In this document: positions 53,205 to 62,888 of the stretch, in pieces
Layout of the letters: each line of letters opens with the position of its first letter
Position numbering within the stretch: position 1 is the stretch's first letter
DNA from: Clostridiales bacterium
GTDB taxonomy: Bacteria > Bacillota > Clostridia > Oscillospirales > Oscillospiraceae
DNA length: 64,000 nucleotides
Assembly (NCBI GenBank): GCA_025757645.1
Contig: CP107216.1
Span: forward strand, 1,215,080 to 1,279,079
Direction of reading: 5' to 3'
Program-made: the position numbers and the translations under genes
The notes under the pieces: generated by a model
What the model was told of the DNA's origin: nothing
Seen by the model: the letters and a program-made list of their open reading frames with translations, nothing else
The model's database searches: none

Positions 53205-54638
53205 TTACACGTTTACGGATGCGTCGCATCCGAGCAGTGCTGTATATTTGTTCAGGACCGGCGCGACCTGCTCGCGCAGGAACGTCTCGGTCTGGTGTAC
53301 GGCCATGCCGGTGAAGGCATGGGGGTCAACAAGTTTGTTGAGCTCCGCGCGCGTGAGCCCGAAGATCGGGTCAGCCAGGATGCGCTCGAGCAGGTCGTTG
53401 CTGCCGCCATGGAGCTTGACCTCTTTGCCGGCGGCGACGCTGTGCTGCCGGATGGCCTCGTGCAGGGCCTGCCGGTCGCCGCCCTTTTCCTTGACGCAGT
53501 ACATGAGGATGTTCTCCGTAGCGAGAAACGGCAGCTCGTCGGCCAGATGCTTTTCGGCCATTTTCGGGTACACGGTCAGGCCGCGGATGACGTTGAGGTA
53601 CAGCGTGAGGATGCCGTCGGTGGCGAGGAATGCTTCCGGGATGCTGATGCGGCGGTTGGCCGAGTCGTCGAGCGTGCGCTCAAACCACTGGGCGCTGGCC
53701 GTGACGGCGGCATTCTGCAGGTCGCAGATGACGTAGCGCGACAGGGAGGCGATGCGCTCGCTGCGCATGGGGTTGCGCTTATAGGCCATGGCCGAGGAGC
53801 CGATCTGGCCGCTCTCGAACGGCTCGTCCACCTCTTTGAGGTGGGACAGCAGGCGGATGTCGCTGGAAAACTTCGAGGCGCTCTGCGCGATGCCGGACAG
53901 CACCTGCAGCACCTGAAAGTCCACCTTGCGCGAATAGGTCTGGCCGCTGACGGGGTACGCGCCGGGAAAGCCCATCTTTTCGCAGATCTTCTGCTCGAGC
54001 GCGACGACCTTCTGCTCGTCGCCGTCAAACAGGGCGAGGAAGCTCGCGCCCGTGCCGGTCGTGCCCTTGCAGCCGAGGAGCTTGAGATTGCCGAGCTGAA
54101 ACTCCAGCTGCTCGAGATCCATCAGCAGATCCTGCGTCCAGAGCGTGGCGCGCTTGCCGACGGTCGTCGGCTGCGCGGCCTGAAAATGCGTGTAGGCGAG
54201 CGTCGGCTCTGCCTTGTGCGCCTCGGCAAAGTCCGCGAGCGCCTGGATGACGTTCACCAGCAGGCTGCGGATCTGCTCGAGCGCTTCGCGCATGAGGATG
54301 ATATCCGTATTGTCGCCGACGTAGCAGGACGTGGCACCGAGGTGCAGAATGGGCTTTGCCTCCGGGCAGCACGCGCCGTAGGTCAGCACGTGGGCCATGA
54401 CGTCGTGCCGCACCTCGTGCTCGCGCGCCGCGGCGTAGTCATAGTCGATGTCCGTGATGTGCGCGCGCAGCTCGCGGATCTGCTCATCCGTGATCGGCAG
54501 ACCGAGCTCCTGCTCGCTCTCGGCCAGCGCGACCCAGAGCCTGCGCCAGGTGGAAAATTTGTTGTCGTCGGAGTAAATGTGCTGCATCGTGCGCCCGGCG
54601 TAGCGGGTGCACAGGGGGTTGACGTAGCGGTCGTGCAT
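53205..54638 (-). CDS. purB: Adenylosuccinate lyase
   Basis: Start at MHDRYVNPL. Fumarate-lyase signature GSSAMAYKRNP. The upstream part of the 577-aa ORF overlaps pyrG and is Arg/Pro-rich junk. Confidence 0.93.
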   Translation of the reverse strand: MHDRYVNPLCTRYAGRTMQHIYSDDNKFSTWRRLWVALAESEQELGLPITDEQIRELRAHITDIDYDYAAAREHEVRHDVMAHVLTYGACCPEAKPILHLGATSCYVGDNTDIILMREALEQIRSLLVNVIQALADFAEAHKAEPTLAYTHFQAAQPTTVGKRATLWTQDLLMDLEQLEFQLGNLKLLGCKGTTGTGASFLALFDGDEQKVVALEQKICEKMGFPGAYPVSGQTYSRKVDFQVLQVLSGIAQSASKFSSDIRLLSHLKEVDEPFESGQIGSSAMAYKRNPMRSERIASLSRYVICDLQNAAVTASAQWFERTLDDSANRRISIPEAFLATDGILTLYLNVIRGLTVYPKMAEKHLADELPFLATENILMYCVKEKGGDRQALHEAIRQHSVAAGKEVKLHGGSNDLLERILADPIFGLTRAELNKLVDPHAFTGMAVHQTETFLREQVAPVLNKYTALLGCDASVNV

Positions 54639-54640
54639 GC

Positions 54641-56248
54641 TTATCCTCTCTCTGCGTGGCGCAGCGCCGCCGAGATCAGGCCCTTGAACAGGGGGTGCGC
54701 CTTGTTCGGGCGGCTCTTGAACTCGGGGTGGTACTGAACGCCGATATAAAAGTCGTTTTCGGGGATCTCGACGGTCTCCACGATGTGGCCGTCCGGCGAC
54801 AGGCCGGAGAGCACGAGCCCCTTTTCCTGCATGAGCGCGCGGTAGTCGTTGTTGAACTCGTACCGGTGGCGGTGGCGCTCGGAGATGTCCAGCGTGCCGT
54901 AGCACTCCGCCATTTTTGTGCCGGGCACGATATGGCACGGATATGCGCCGAGGCGCAGCGTGCCGCCCTTGTTGATCTCGTCGCTCTGGTCGGGCATGAA
55001 GTCGATGACCTTGTGCGTGCTGCCCTCGTCAAACTCGCCGGAGTTGGCGTCGGCGAGGCCGCAGACGGAGCGCGCAAACTCGATGACCGCGATCTGCATA
55101 CCCAGGCAGATACCGAGATAGGGGATGTTGTGCGTGCGGGCGTAGTGCGCGGCCGCGATCTTGCCCTCGATGCCGCGGTTGCCGAAGCCGCCGGGCACGA
55201 GAATGCCGTCGCAGCTGCCGAGCACTTCCTCTACATTATCGCGCGTGATCGTCTCGCTGTCAATCCATTGAATGTCCACGCGCGTGCCGTAGACATAGCC
55301 AGCGTGGCGCAGCGCCTCGGCGACGGACAGATACGCATCGTGCAGCTGCACATATTTGCCCACGAGGCCGATCGTCACGCGGTGCGAGCGGCTGCGGATG
55401 CTCTCGAGCATGGCGTCCCACTCGGTCATATCCGGCGCGGGCGCGTCGATGTGCAGCTCACGGCAGACGATCTCGGAAAAGCGGTTCTTTTCGAGCATGA
55501 CCGGTGCCTCATACAGCACGGGGATGGTCATGTTTTCGATCACGCAGTCGGGCTTGACGTTGCAGAACAGGGAGATTTTGCGGAAGATAGACTCCTCGAG
55601 CGGCTCATCGCAGCGCAGCACGATGATGTCCGGGGAAATGCCCATGCCCTGCAGCTCCTTGACCGAGTGCTGCGTGGGCTTGGTCTTGTGCTCCTCGCTG
55701 CCGTGCAGATACGGTACGAGCGTCACGTGGATGTAGAGTGCGTTTTCGCGCCCGACCTCCAGCCCGACCTGACGGATGGCCTCGAGAAACGGCTGGCTCT
55801 CAATGTCGCCGGTCGTGCCGCCGACCTCCGTGATAACGACGTCGGCGTTCGTCTTGCTGCCGACACTATAGATAAAGTCCTTGATCTCATTCGTGATGTG
55901 CGGAATGACCTGCACCGTCTCGCCGAGGTACTCGCCGCGGCGCTCCTTGTTGAGCACGTTCCAGTACACCTTGCCGGTCGTGAGGTTGGAGTATTTGTTC
56001 AGATCCTCGTCGATGAAGCGCTCATAGTGGCCGAGGTCGAGATCGGTCTCCGCGCCGTCCTCGGTAACGTACACCTCGCCGTGCTGATACGGGCTCATGG
56101 TGCCGGGGTCGACATTGATATAGGGGTCAAGCTTCTGCGCGGCGACCTTCAGGCCGCGTGCCTTGAGCAGACGGCCGAGCGAAGCCGCCGTGATGCCTTT
56201 GCCGAGTCCGGAGACAACGCCGCCGGTCACAAAAATGTACTTGGTCAT
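54641..56248 (-). CDS. pyrG: CTP synthase
   Basis: [18 protein letters not shown] and the GATase motif GICLGMQ. Confidence 0.96.
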   Translation of the reverse strand: MTKYIFVTGGVVSGLGKGITAASLGRLLKARGLKVAAQKLDPYINVDPGTMSPYQHGEVYVTEDGAETDLDLGHYERFIDEDLNKYSNLTTGKVYWNVLNKERRGEYLGETVQVIPHITNEIKDFIYSVGSKTNADVVITEVGGTTGDIESQPFLEAIRQVGLEVGRENALYIHVTLVPYLHGSEEHKTKPTQHSVKELQGMGISPDIIVLRCDEPLEESIFRKISLFCNVKPDCVIENMTIPVLYEAPVMLEKNRFSEIVCRELHIDAPAPDMTEWDAMLESIRSRSHRVTIGLVGKYVQLHDAYLSVAEALRHAGYVYGTRVDIQWIDSETITRDNVEEVLGSCDGILVPGGFGNRGIEGKIAAAHYARTHNIPYLGICLGMQIAVIEFARSVCGLADANSGEFDEGSTHKVIDFMPDQSDEINKGGTLRLGAYPCHIVPGTKMAECYGTLDISERHRHRYEFNNDYRALMQEKGLVLSGLSPDGHIVETVEIPENDFYIGVQYHPEFKSRPNKAHPLFKGLISAALRHAERG

Positions 56249-56260
56249 GGTCCACACTCC

Positions 56261-56848
56261 TCAATCTTCATAGGTACGAATGATATTTTCCGCAATGGTC
56301 CGCCGGCGCATACTGGTGTCCATTGCCTGTTTCTCAATGTATTTGTGCGCCTCCGTCTCCGTCATCTGCAGGTGCTGCACGAGCAGGAGCTTCGCGCGGT
56401 TGATGATGCGGATATCGGCGACCTTCGCCTCGAGCTTTTCCGTCTTGTGCTGCATCTGCTCGAGCTGGATGCGCACGGCGGTCAGCAGCCGGATGGTCTG
56501 CACGATGAGCGATTCCGGCGCGTCATTCGGCAGCACCAGCACGCCGGACTGTTCGAGCAGGGCGGCGTCCGTGTCCGCGTGTTCCGGTGCGGCCAGCAGC
56601 AGCACGGCCATGCAGTGCCGCTTTTTGAGCTGCAGCGCCAGCTCCCGGCCGGAGCTGCCGGCGATGGGCTCTGCGATGAGCACACCGTCGATGCCGCCTG
56701 CGTCAAACTGTTCGAGCGCCTGCCGCGCGCTGCCTGCGTGATCGAACGGGACGATGTGCGCCCGTGTGAGCAGGGCGCTGATGCGTTGGGTCTGCGCCTC
56801 GGAACTGGAGACCAGGAGTGCGCGCACGGTATGCAGCGACGTGTTCAT
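56261..56848 (-). CDS. ANTAR-domain RNA-binding response-regulator-like protein
   Basis: C-terminal ANTAR domain (INRAKLLLVQHLQMTETEAHKYIEKQAMDTSMRRRTIAENII) and an N-terminal receiver-like domain. ATG 56848 follows SD GAGGTG. The stop lies 12 nt before the pyrG start. Confidence 0.8.
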   Translation of the reverse strand: MNTSLHTVRALLVSSSEAQTQRISALLTRAHIVPFDHAGSARQALEQFDAGGIDGVLIAEPIAGSSGRELALQLKKRHCMAVLLLAAPEHADTDAALLEQSGVLVLPNDAPESLIVQTIRLLTAVRIQLEQMQHKTEKLEAKVADIRIINRAKLLLVQHLQMTETEAHKYIEKQAMDTSMRRRTIAENIIRTYED

Positions 56849-56879
56849 AGCAGTCACCTCGAATCAGAAGTTGGTGCGG

Positions 56880-56944
56880 AAAAACAAAAAAGACGCTTCC
56901 GATGCCGATAAGGGGCACTTTCCCCCAGGTCATCGTGAAACGTC
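56880..56944 (-). terminator. Leader (attenuator) terminator upstream of the ANTAR gene
   Basis: On the minus strand: GACGUUUC-a-CGAUG...CAUCG-GAAGCGUC enclosing GGGGG-AAAGUG-CCCCU, followed by UUUUUUGUUUUU. It lies 30 nt before the ANTAR start. A competing hairpin GAACG-CUGA-CGUUU lies at 56938-56951. Confidence 0.65.
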
Positions 56945-57029
56945 AGCGTTCTCGAAAAGTTACCATATGAACTTATGCCTGCGGCCGCAAAAACAGCACG
57001 CAGAATTTTGCCAATCAAAATCCATGTAT

Positions 57030-57059
57030 ATAATACACCACGGCATTTGCACGTGTCAA
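57030..57059 (-). promoter_or_regulatory. Putative promoter of the ANTAR-pyrG-purB-purA operon
   Basis: On the minus strand: TTGACA-18-TATTAT. The leader is about 175 nt and contains a terminator. Confidence 0.5.
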
Positions 57060-57128
57060 GGATAAAAAAACGGGCAATTTTGCCGAAAAATCTGTGGAAT
57101 CCGCCGAAAGAAATTGCGTTTTTCCCGC

Positions 57129-57157
57129 TTGACATTTTTCCGCAACAGGCGTATATT
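57129..57157 (+). promoter_or_regulatory. Putative glnA promoter
   Basis: TTGACA-17-TATATT. Confidence 0.6.
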
Positions 57158-57170
57158 TTGCTACATTGAA

Positions 57171-57225
57171 ACGGCAATGGCGTCGTGGAGAGCACAAGAT
57201 CTCCGGGCATCAGTGCCGTTTTTTG
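57171..57225 (+). terminator. Leader (attenuator) terminator upstream of glnA
   Basis: ACGGCAAUG...CAU-cag-UGCCGU stem enclosing GGAGA...UCUCC, followed by UUUUUUG. A mutually exclusive upstream hairpin is CAUUG-AAACGG-CAAUG (57164-57179). Confidence 0.65.
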
Positions 57226-57267
57226 TTGTTGATACTGATTTGAAATACGGAAAGGGGACCATGCGAG

Positions 57268-59361
57268 ATGGAAAAGATCTCTGACATTTTTGGATCCATG
57301 GTATTTAACGATGCCGTCATGCGCGAGCGGCTGCCGAAGGAAACGTACCGGCAGGTGCAGGCGACGATGGAAAATGGCAAGCGTCTTGATGACGACGCCG
57401 CGCGCATCGTGGCCAATGCCATGAAGGACTGGGCGATCGAAAAGGGCGCCACGCACTTCACGCACTGGTTCCAGCCGATGACCGGCATCACCGCCGAGAA
57501 GCACGACAGCTTCATTTCGCCCTGCGGCGGCGGTCAGGTCATTATGGAGTTTTCCGGCAAGGAGCTCGTCCGCGGCGAGCCGGATGCGTCCAGCTTCCCG
57601 TCCGGCGGCCTGCGCGCAACGTTTGAGGCGCGCGGCTACACCGCATGGGACCCGACGTCCTATGCATTCATTAAAGATAATGTGCTGTGCATTCCGACGG
57701 CGTTCTGCTCTTACGGCGGCGAGGCGCTCGATAAAAAGACGCCGCTGCTGCGCAGCGCCGAGGCGCTCAACCGTCAGGCCCTGCGTGTGATCCACCTGTT
57801 CGGCAACGAGGACGTGACAGCCGTGCGCACGACCGTCGGCCCAGAGCAGGAGTACTTCCTGGTCGACAAGTCTGTGTATGACAAGCGCAAGGACCTGATC
57901 TATACCGGCCGCACGCTCTTCGGCGCCAAGCCGCCGAAAGGCCAGGAGCTGGACGATCATTACTTCGGCAGCATCAAGCCGCGCGTTGCGGCGTTCATGA
58001 AGGATCTGGACGAGGAGCTCTGGAAGCTCGGCGTTTACGCCAAGACGGAGCACAACGAAGTGGCGCCCGCGCAGCACGAGCTCGCGCCGGTGTTCACGAC
58101 CGGCAACATCGCTGCCGACCAGAACCAGCTGACGATGGAGATCATGCAGAAGGTGGCCGCGCGCCACGGCATGGTCTGCCTGCTGCACGAAAAGCCGTTT
58201 GCCGGCGTCAACGGTTCCGGCAAGCACAACAACTGGTCCCTGACCACCGACACCGGCATGAACCTGCTCGAGCCCGGCGAGACGCCGGCCGAGAACGCAC
58301 AGTTTTTGCTCTTCCTGTGCGCGGTGATCCAGGCGGTGGATGATTATCAGGATATGCTGCGCATCAGCGTGGCGTCGGCCGCGAACGACCACCGTCTCGG
58401 CGCGAACGAAGCGCCCCCGGCCGTCGTGTCGATGTACGTCGGCGACGAGATCGAGAGCATTCTCGACGCCATCGTCAACGAGACGCCCTATGCCGGACAG
58501 GAAAAGGAGCTGCTGAAGATCGGCGTGCATGCGCTGCCGCGTTTCCCCAAGGACACGACCGACCGCAACCGCACCTCTCCGTTTGCGTTCACCGGCAACA
58601 AGTTCGAGTTCCGTATGCCCGGTTCCTCGGCCTCCATTTCCGGCATCAACGTCGTGCTCAACACGGCGGTCGCCGAGAGCCTCGAGCAGTTTGCTGACGC
58701 GCTCGAGGGCAGCAAGGACTTTGAGGCCGACCTGCAGGCGCTCATCCGCAGCGTGCTCATCAAGCACAAGCGCATCCTCTTCAACGGCAACGGCTATGAC
58801 GACGCCTGGCTGGCGGAGGCCGAGCGCCGCGGCCTGCTGAACCTGCGCACGACGCCGGAAGCGCTGCCGTATTACCTCGCCGACAAGAACGTGGCGCTGT
58901 TCACCAAGCACCGTGTCTATACCCGCACCGAGATGGAGGCCCGCTACGAGATCCACCTCGAAAACTACAGCAAGGTGCTCAACATTGAGGCGCTGACGAT
59001 GCTCGAGATGGCGCGGCGCGACATCATGCCCGCCGTCAGCAGCTATCTGCGCGAGCTGTCCGAGACCGCTGCGGCGATCCACGCTGCGTCCGTCACGGCG
59101 GACTGCTCGTATGAGGAGAGCATCATCCCTGAAATGTCCGCGCTGTTGGGCGATGCCTACCGCAAGGTCCGCCGCCTGGATGAGGCGCTCATGGGCGCCA
59201 AGACCGTCGAGGGCAGCCAGGCGCTGGCCAACTACTACCGCGACAAGGTCTTCTCCGCCATGGCGGAGCTGCGCATCACGATCGACCAGCTCGAGACCAT
59301 GACGCCGTCCGACAAGTGGCCGGTCCCGTCCTATGGCGACCTGCTGTTCAGCGTGCGGTAA
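57268..59361 (+). CDS. glnA: Glutamine synthetase, type III
   Basis: 697 aa, with GSIII-type sequences ([31 protein letters not shown]). Confidence 0.9.
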   Translation: MEKISDIFGSMVFNDAVMRERLPKETYRQVQATMENGKRLDDDAARIVANAMKDWAIEKGATHFTHWFQPMTGITAEKHDSFISPCGGGQVIMEFSGKELVRGEPDASSFPSGGLRATFEARGYTAWDPTSYAFIKDNVLCIPTAFCSYGGEALDKKTPLLRSAEALNRQALRVIHLFGNEDVTAVRTTVGPEQEYFLVDKSVYDKRKDLIYTGRTLFGAKPPKGQELDDHYFGSIKPRVAAFMKDLDEELWKLGVYAKTEHNEVAPAQHELAPVFTTGNIAADQNQLTMEIMQKVAARHGMVCLLHEKPFAGVNGSGKHNNWSLTTDTGMNLLEPGETPAENAQFLLFLCAVIQAVDDYQDMLRISVASAANDHRLGANEAPPAVVSMYVGDEIESILDAIVNETPYAGQEKELLKIGVHALPRFPKDTTDRNRTSPFAFTGNKFEFRMPGSSASISGINVVLNTAVAESLEQFADALEGSKDFEADLQALIRSVLIKHKRILFNGNGYDDAWLAEAERRGLLNLRTTPEALPYYLADKNVALFTKHRVYTRTEMEARYEIHLENYSKVLNIEALTMLEMARRDIMPAVSSYLRELSETAAAIHAASVTADCSYEESIIPEMSALLGDAYRKVRRLDEALMGAKTVEGSQALANYYRDKVFSAMAELRITIDQLETMTPSDKWPVPSYGDLLFSVR

Positions 59362-59420
59362 AAAACGCTTACTCTTTCTTTTTTCTCTCTTCTTTCATTT
59401 TCATACTTCTGTCAAAAGCA

Positions 59421-59665
59421 TTGACGGAGAAAAGTAGCACGGGCGATCATTTCCAGCGAGTGCGGGACGGTGCGAGCCGCATAACAGAGCCTGTGTGAAG
59501 AACACTCCCGAGCTGCAACCTGAACGGGCGAGAGCCTCAGTAGGTGCGCCGTCAAAGCCGGACGTTATCCCGGTGCGGTTTGTTAGAACCCGTGAGAAGT
59601 AAAATAGGTGGCACCACGATACGCAGCTACTCGTCCTATTGTTGGATGGTAGCTGCGTATTTTTT
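59421..59665 (+). promoter_or_regulatory. T-box leader (probable Asn specificity) with terminator, upstream of asnB
   Basis: Stem I base is TTGACGG/CCGTCAA (59421-59555) with an AGAAAAGUAGC K-turn-like motif. The T-box sequence AAUAGGUGGCACCACG lies at 59603-59618. The terminator is ACGCAGCUAC/GUAGCUGCGU plus a T-run (59621-59665). AAC codons lie at 59501 and 59523. Confidence 0.8.
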
Positions 59666-59688
59666 GATATATTCAGGAGGAAAAAATC

Positions 59689-61269
59689 ATGTGTTCCATC
59701 ATCGGTTATCTCGGCTCGTCCATCTCCGCGCAGGATCTGCGCGCCGGCTTTGACAAGACCATTTCCCGCGGCCCGGACGATACGCGCATGCTGCATATCG
59801 GCGCGGCGACGCTCGGCTTCCACCGCCTGGCCATTATGGGCCTGCACCCGGAGGGGATGCAGCCGTTCACGCGGGATGGAAGCGCGCTCGTGTGCAACGG
59901 CGAGATCTACGGCTTCCGGCCCATCCGCGAGCGGCTCATCGCTGAGGGCGAGACGTTCGAGAGCGAGTCCGACTGTGAGATCCTGCTCCCGCTCTACGAG
60001 CGCGAGGGGCTGGACATGTTCCGCGGACTGGATGCGGAGTTTGCCATGGTCATCTATGATGCCAGGCGCGGCGGCCTTGTCGCGGCGCGCGACCCCATCG
60101 GCATCCGCCCGCTGTACTACGGCTATGACGCCGAGGGCGCGATCGTCTTTGCCAGCGAGGCGAAAAACCTCGTCGGCCTCGTGCACGATGTGATGCCGTT
60201 TCCTCCCGGACACTATTATGCCGACGGCAAGTTCACCTGCTACCGCGACATGACGCAGGTGGATGCCGTCTGCGAGGACGATCTGGAGACCGTCTGCACC
60301 CACATCCGTGAAAAGCTCATCGCCGGCGTGGAAAAGCGGCTGGATGCCGACGCGCCGCTCGGCTTTCTGCTCTCCGGTGGTCTGGACAGCAGCCTCGTGT
60401 GCGCCATCTCGGCAAAGCTGCTCAAAAAGCCCATCCGCACGTTCGCCATCGGCATGTGCAGCGACGCCATCGACCTGAAGTACGCCCGCGAGGTGGCAGA
60501 GTATCTGCACGCCGACCACACCGAGGTCATCATCACGCCCGAGGACGTCATCCAGGCGCTGCCGGAGGTCGTGGCGCTGCTCGGCACGTATGATATCACG
60601 ACCATCCGCGCGAGCATCGGCATGTACCTCGTCTGCAAGGCCATCCACGAGCAGACCGACCTGCGCGTGCTGCTCACAGGCGAGATCTCCGATGAGCTCT
60701 TCGGCTATAAGTACACCGACTTCGCGCCCAGCCCGGAGGCGTTTCAGGAGGAATCCGCCAAGCGCATCCGCGAGCTGCATATGTACGATGTCCTGCGCGC
60801 CGACCGCTGCATCTCCGTCAACAGTCTCGAGGCCCGCGTGCCGTTCGGTGATCTGGACTTCGTACAGTATGTCATGTCCATCGACCCGGCCAAGAAGTGC
60901 AACGTCTACGGCAAGGGCAAGTATCTGCTGCGCCACGCCTTTGAGGGCGACTGGCTTCCGCACGATATCCTCATGCGCGAGAAGGCGGCCTTCAGCGACG
61001 CGGTCGGCCACTCCATGGTCGACGATCTCAAGGCGTACGCCGAGCAGAAGTACACGGACGAGGAATTTGAGACCCTGCGCCGGAGGTACGACTTTGCGCA
61101 GCCGTTCACCAAGGAATCGCTGCTCTACCGTGAACTGTTTGAGCAGTATTACCCCGGTCAGGCGCACATGATCGTCGATTTCTGGATGCCGAACAAATCG
61201 TGGGACGGCTGCGACGTGGACGACCCGTCCGCGCGCGTGCTCGCAAACTACGGCGACAGCGGAAAGTGA
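59689..61269 (+). CDS. asnB: Asparagine synthase (glutamine-hydrolysing)
   Basis: N-terminal nucleophile MC(2)SIIGY, PP-loop SGGLDSS. SD AGGAGG is present. Confidence 0.92.
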   Translation: MCSIIGYLGSSISAQDLRAGFDKTISRGPDDTRMLHIGAATLGFHRLAIMGLHPEGMQPFTRDGSALVCNGEIYGFRPIRERLIAEGETFESESDCEILLPLYEREGLDMFRGLDAEFAMVIYDARRGGLVAARDPIGIRPLYYGYDAEGAIVFASEAKNLVGLVHDVMPFPPGHYYADGKFTCYRDMTQVDAVCEDDLETVCTHIREKLIAGVEKRLDADAPLGFLLSGGLDSSLVCAISAKLLKKPIRTFAIGMCSDAIDLKYAREVAEYLHADHTEVIITPEDVIQALPEVVALLGTYDITTIRASIGMYLVCKAIHEQTDLRVLLTGEISDELFGYKYTDFAPSPEAFQEESAKRIRELHMYDVLRADRCISVNSLEARVPFGDLDFVQYVMSIDPAKKCNVYGKGKYLLRHAFEGDWLPHDILMREKAAFSDAVGHSMVDDLKAYAEQKYTDEEFETLRRRYDFAQPFTKESLLYRELFEQYYPGQAHMIVDFWMPNKSWDGCDVDDPSARVLANYGDSGK

Positions 61270-61276
61270 GGAGCAT

Positions 61277-61885
61277 ATGGACGACACTGCGCTGCGCATC
61301 CGCACCGCGCGCCTGAGCGACGCGCCCGTGCTGCTGAAAATTTACGCGCCGTATGTGGAAAAGACGGCCATTACGTTCGAGTGCACCGTGCCGGATATCG
61401 AGGAATTTGCCGCGCGTATGCGCGCCACGCTCCGCCGCTATCCGTACCTGGTCGCGGAGCGCGGCGGCGAGATCGTCGGCTATGCCTACGCCGGGCCGTT
61501 CGGCAGCCGCGCCGCCTATGACTGGGCGGTGGAGATGAGCATTTACCTGCGCGAGGATCAGCGGCACCGGGGGACGGGCAAGCGGCTGTACGCCGCGCTC
61601 GAGGCGGTGCTGCGCGCGCAGAACATTCAGAATCTCTATGCCTGCATCGGCTGCCCGGACGGGGCGGACGACGCGCACCTGACGCGAAACAGCGCGCAGT
61701 TTCATGCGCATCTCGGCTATCGGCTCGTCGGGGAGTTTCCGCGCTGCGGGTATAAATTCGGCACCTGGTACTCCATGGTCTGGATGGAAAAGTGCATCGG
61801 CGCGCACGAGGCGCAGCCTGCGCCCGTGCGCCCGTTCCCGGAGCTCAGCCCGGCGGAGCTGGAAGCCATTTTGGACCGTGCATAA
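61277..61885 (+). CDS. GNAT family N-acetyltransferase, phosphinothricin/methionine-sulfoximine acetyltransferase-like
   Basis: IRTARLSDAPVLLKIYAPYVEKTAITFE...GYAYAGPFGSRAAYDWAVEMSIYL...RHRGTGKRLY is the PAT/bar-family pattern. Confidence 0.75.
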   Translation: MDDTALRIRTARLSDAPVLLKIYAPYVEKTAITFECTVPDIEEFAARMRATLRRYPYLVAERGGEIVGYAYAGPFGSRAAYDWAVEMSIYLREDQRHRGTGKRLYAALEAVLRAQNIQNLYACIGCPDGADDAHLTRNSAQFHAHLGYRLVGEFPRCGYKFGTWYSMVWMEKCIGAHEAQPAPVRPFPELSPAELEAILDRA

Positions 61886-61890
61886 AGCCG

Positions 61891-61929
61891 CGGGCCGTTT
61901 CCGATCTGGAAACGGCCCGTGCTTTTTTT
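61891..61929. terminator. Bidirectional terminator between the GNAT gene and the SLH gene
   Basis: CGGGCCGTTTCC/GGAAACGGCCCG plus TGCTTTTTTT. Confidence 0.8.
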
Positions 61930-62839
61930 ATCGCTTTTGCAGCAGTTCATACGCGCCCAGCAGCATCTGCGCCGCCTCGGCGCGCGTGAGGGACGCCGCA
62001 CAGTCGCTGCCGGCCGGATACACGCCGCAGGATGTCAGACTTGACACGGCGGCGCACGCCCAGTCGGGAATATAGTCGCCCTCGAGCGCGGCGGCGGGGG
62101 AGGGGTCGAGGAAGTTGCTGAGCATGACGGCAGCCTCGGCTGCCGTGATGCCGCGCTGTGCATCGAATACGATTGCCGTACCGTCGGAGTAGCCGGTGAT
62201 GTCGCCGTTCATGACCGCGGTCGCAACGTAGGTCTTGGCCCAGGCGGGGATCTGCTCGTCGTCGCCGAAACCGGTCGAGAGCACGCCCTGCAGCATCGAA
62301 GTGCCGGTCAGGTGCGTGCACATGGCCAGAAATTCATCGCGCGGCATGGGGCTGTCGGGGTCGAAGAGATACTGCCCGCCGACCTGCCGGCCGACGCACA
62401 GCCCCTGCTCGGCGAGCATGACGGCGGCGTATTCCTCCGGGCGGCCGGCCATGTCGCTGTAGGTGACGGCCGGCTTCTGCTTCTTGATGGAGATGATGAC
62501 GGTCGCCTCCTGCGATTCGTTGCCGCTGCTGTCGGCGGCGCGGAAGCCGAAGTAGTCGCGCCCGCGCTTGCCGTCGGCGGGGGTATAGACGAACGTGCCG
62601 CTGTCGGTGAGCGTTACCGTGCCCTTGATGGGCTCGGTCGTGATGCGGAAGGTGAGCGGGCTGCCGTCGGGCGCATTTGCGCTCAGTGTGCCGCCGATGG
62701 ACGTGCCGCGGAATGTGGTCAGCTCCAGATTTTCGGCCACGGGCGCGGTGTCGGCCGCGGCCTGCTCGGCAAAGCCGGCCGGGACGAGCGCCGCACAGAG
62801 CGCCAGCGCGCACACGGCCGCAAGAATTTTCTGCTTCAT
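61928..62839 (-). CDS. Secreted protein with an N-terminal Ig/cadherin-like domain and C-terminal SLH-type repeats
   Basis: Signal peptide MKQKILAAVCALALCAALVPAGFA. Ig-like repeat reads GTVTLTDSGTFVYTPADGKRGRDYFGFRAADSSGNES. SLH-like segments read YSDMAGRPEEYAAVMLAEQG and FGDDEQIPAWAKTYVATAVMNG. Confidence 0.7.
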   Translation of the reverse strand: MKQKILAAVCALALCAALVPAGFAEQAAADTAPVAENLELTTFRGTSIGGTLSANAPDGSPLTFRITTEPIKGTVTLTDSGTFVYTPADGKRGRDYFGFRAADSSGNESQEATVIISIKKQKPAVTYSDMAGRPEEYAAVMLAEQGLCVGRQVGGQYLFDPDSPMPRDEFLAMCTHLTGTSMLQGVLSTGFGDDEQIPAWAKTYVATAVMNGDITGYSDGTAIVFDAQRGITAAEAAVMLSNFLDPSPAAALEGDYIPDWACAAVSSLTSCGVYPAGSDCAASLTRAEAAQMLLGAYELLQKR

Positions 62840-62844
62840 AATGC

Positions 62845-62888
62845 AAAACCTCCGTGCAAATGTAGGCTGCTCCTAGTTTGCACGGAGG
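62845..62888 (-). terminator. Terminator after the ABC permease gene, overlapping the SD of the downstream SLH gene
   Basis: On the minus strand: CCTCCGTGCAAA-16 nt-TTTGCACGGAGG plus TTTTGCATT. The 3' arm contains the GGAGG that lies 9 nt before ATG 62839. Confidence 0.6.

Noticed and set aside
51598-56911. Plus-strand ORFs of 529, 521 and 751 aa (51598-53187, 53172-54737, 54656-56911)
   Set aside because: They are antisense to purA, purB, pyrG and the ANTAR gene, which all carry canonical motifs. The ORFs are Arg/Ala/Leu/Asp-rich artefacts.
57072-57085. Palindrome GGCAATTTTGCC flanked by A-runs between the divergent glnA and ANTAR promoters, considered as a possible GlnR/TnrA-type operator
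   Set aside because: It does not match TGTNA-N7-TNACA, it is a single short copy and it could be fortuitous. The evidence is insufficient to call a site.
59362-59420. CT-only tract after glnA as a possible independent regulatory element or promoter
   Set aside because: No -35/-10 pair with acceptable spacing could be found and no structure is possible in a pure pyrimidine run. It is mentioned only within the T-box finding.
56854-61305. Minus-strand ORFs of 742 aa (56854-59082) and 634 aa (59401-61305)
   Set aside because: They are antisense to glnA, the T-box and asnB. The second would run through a structured RNA leader. The composition is artefactual.
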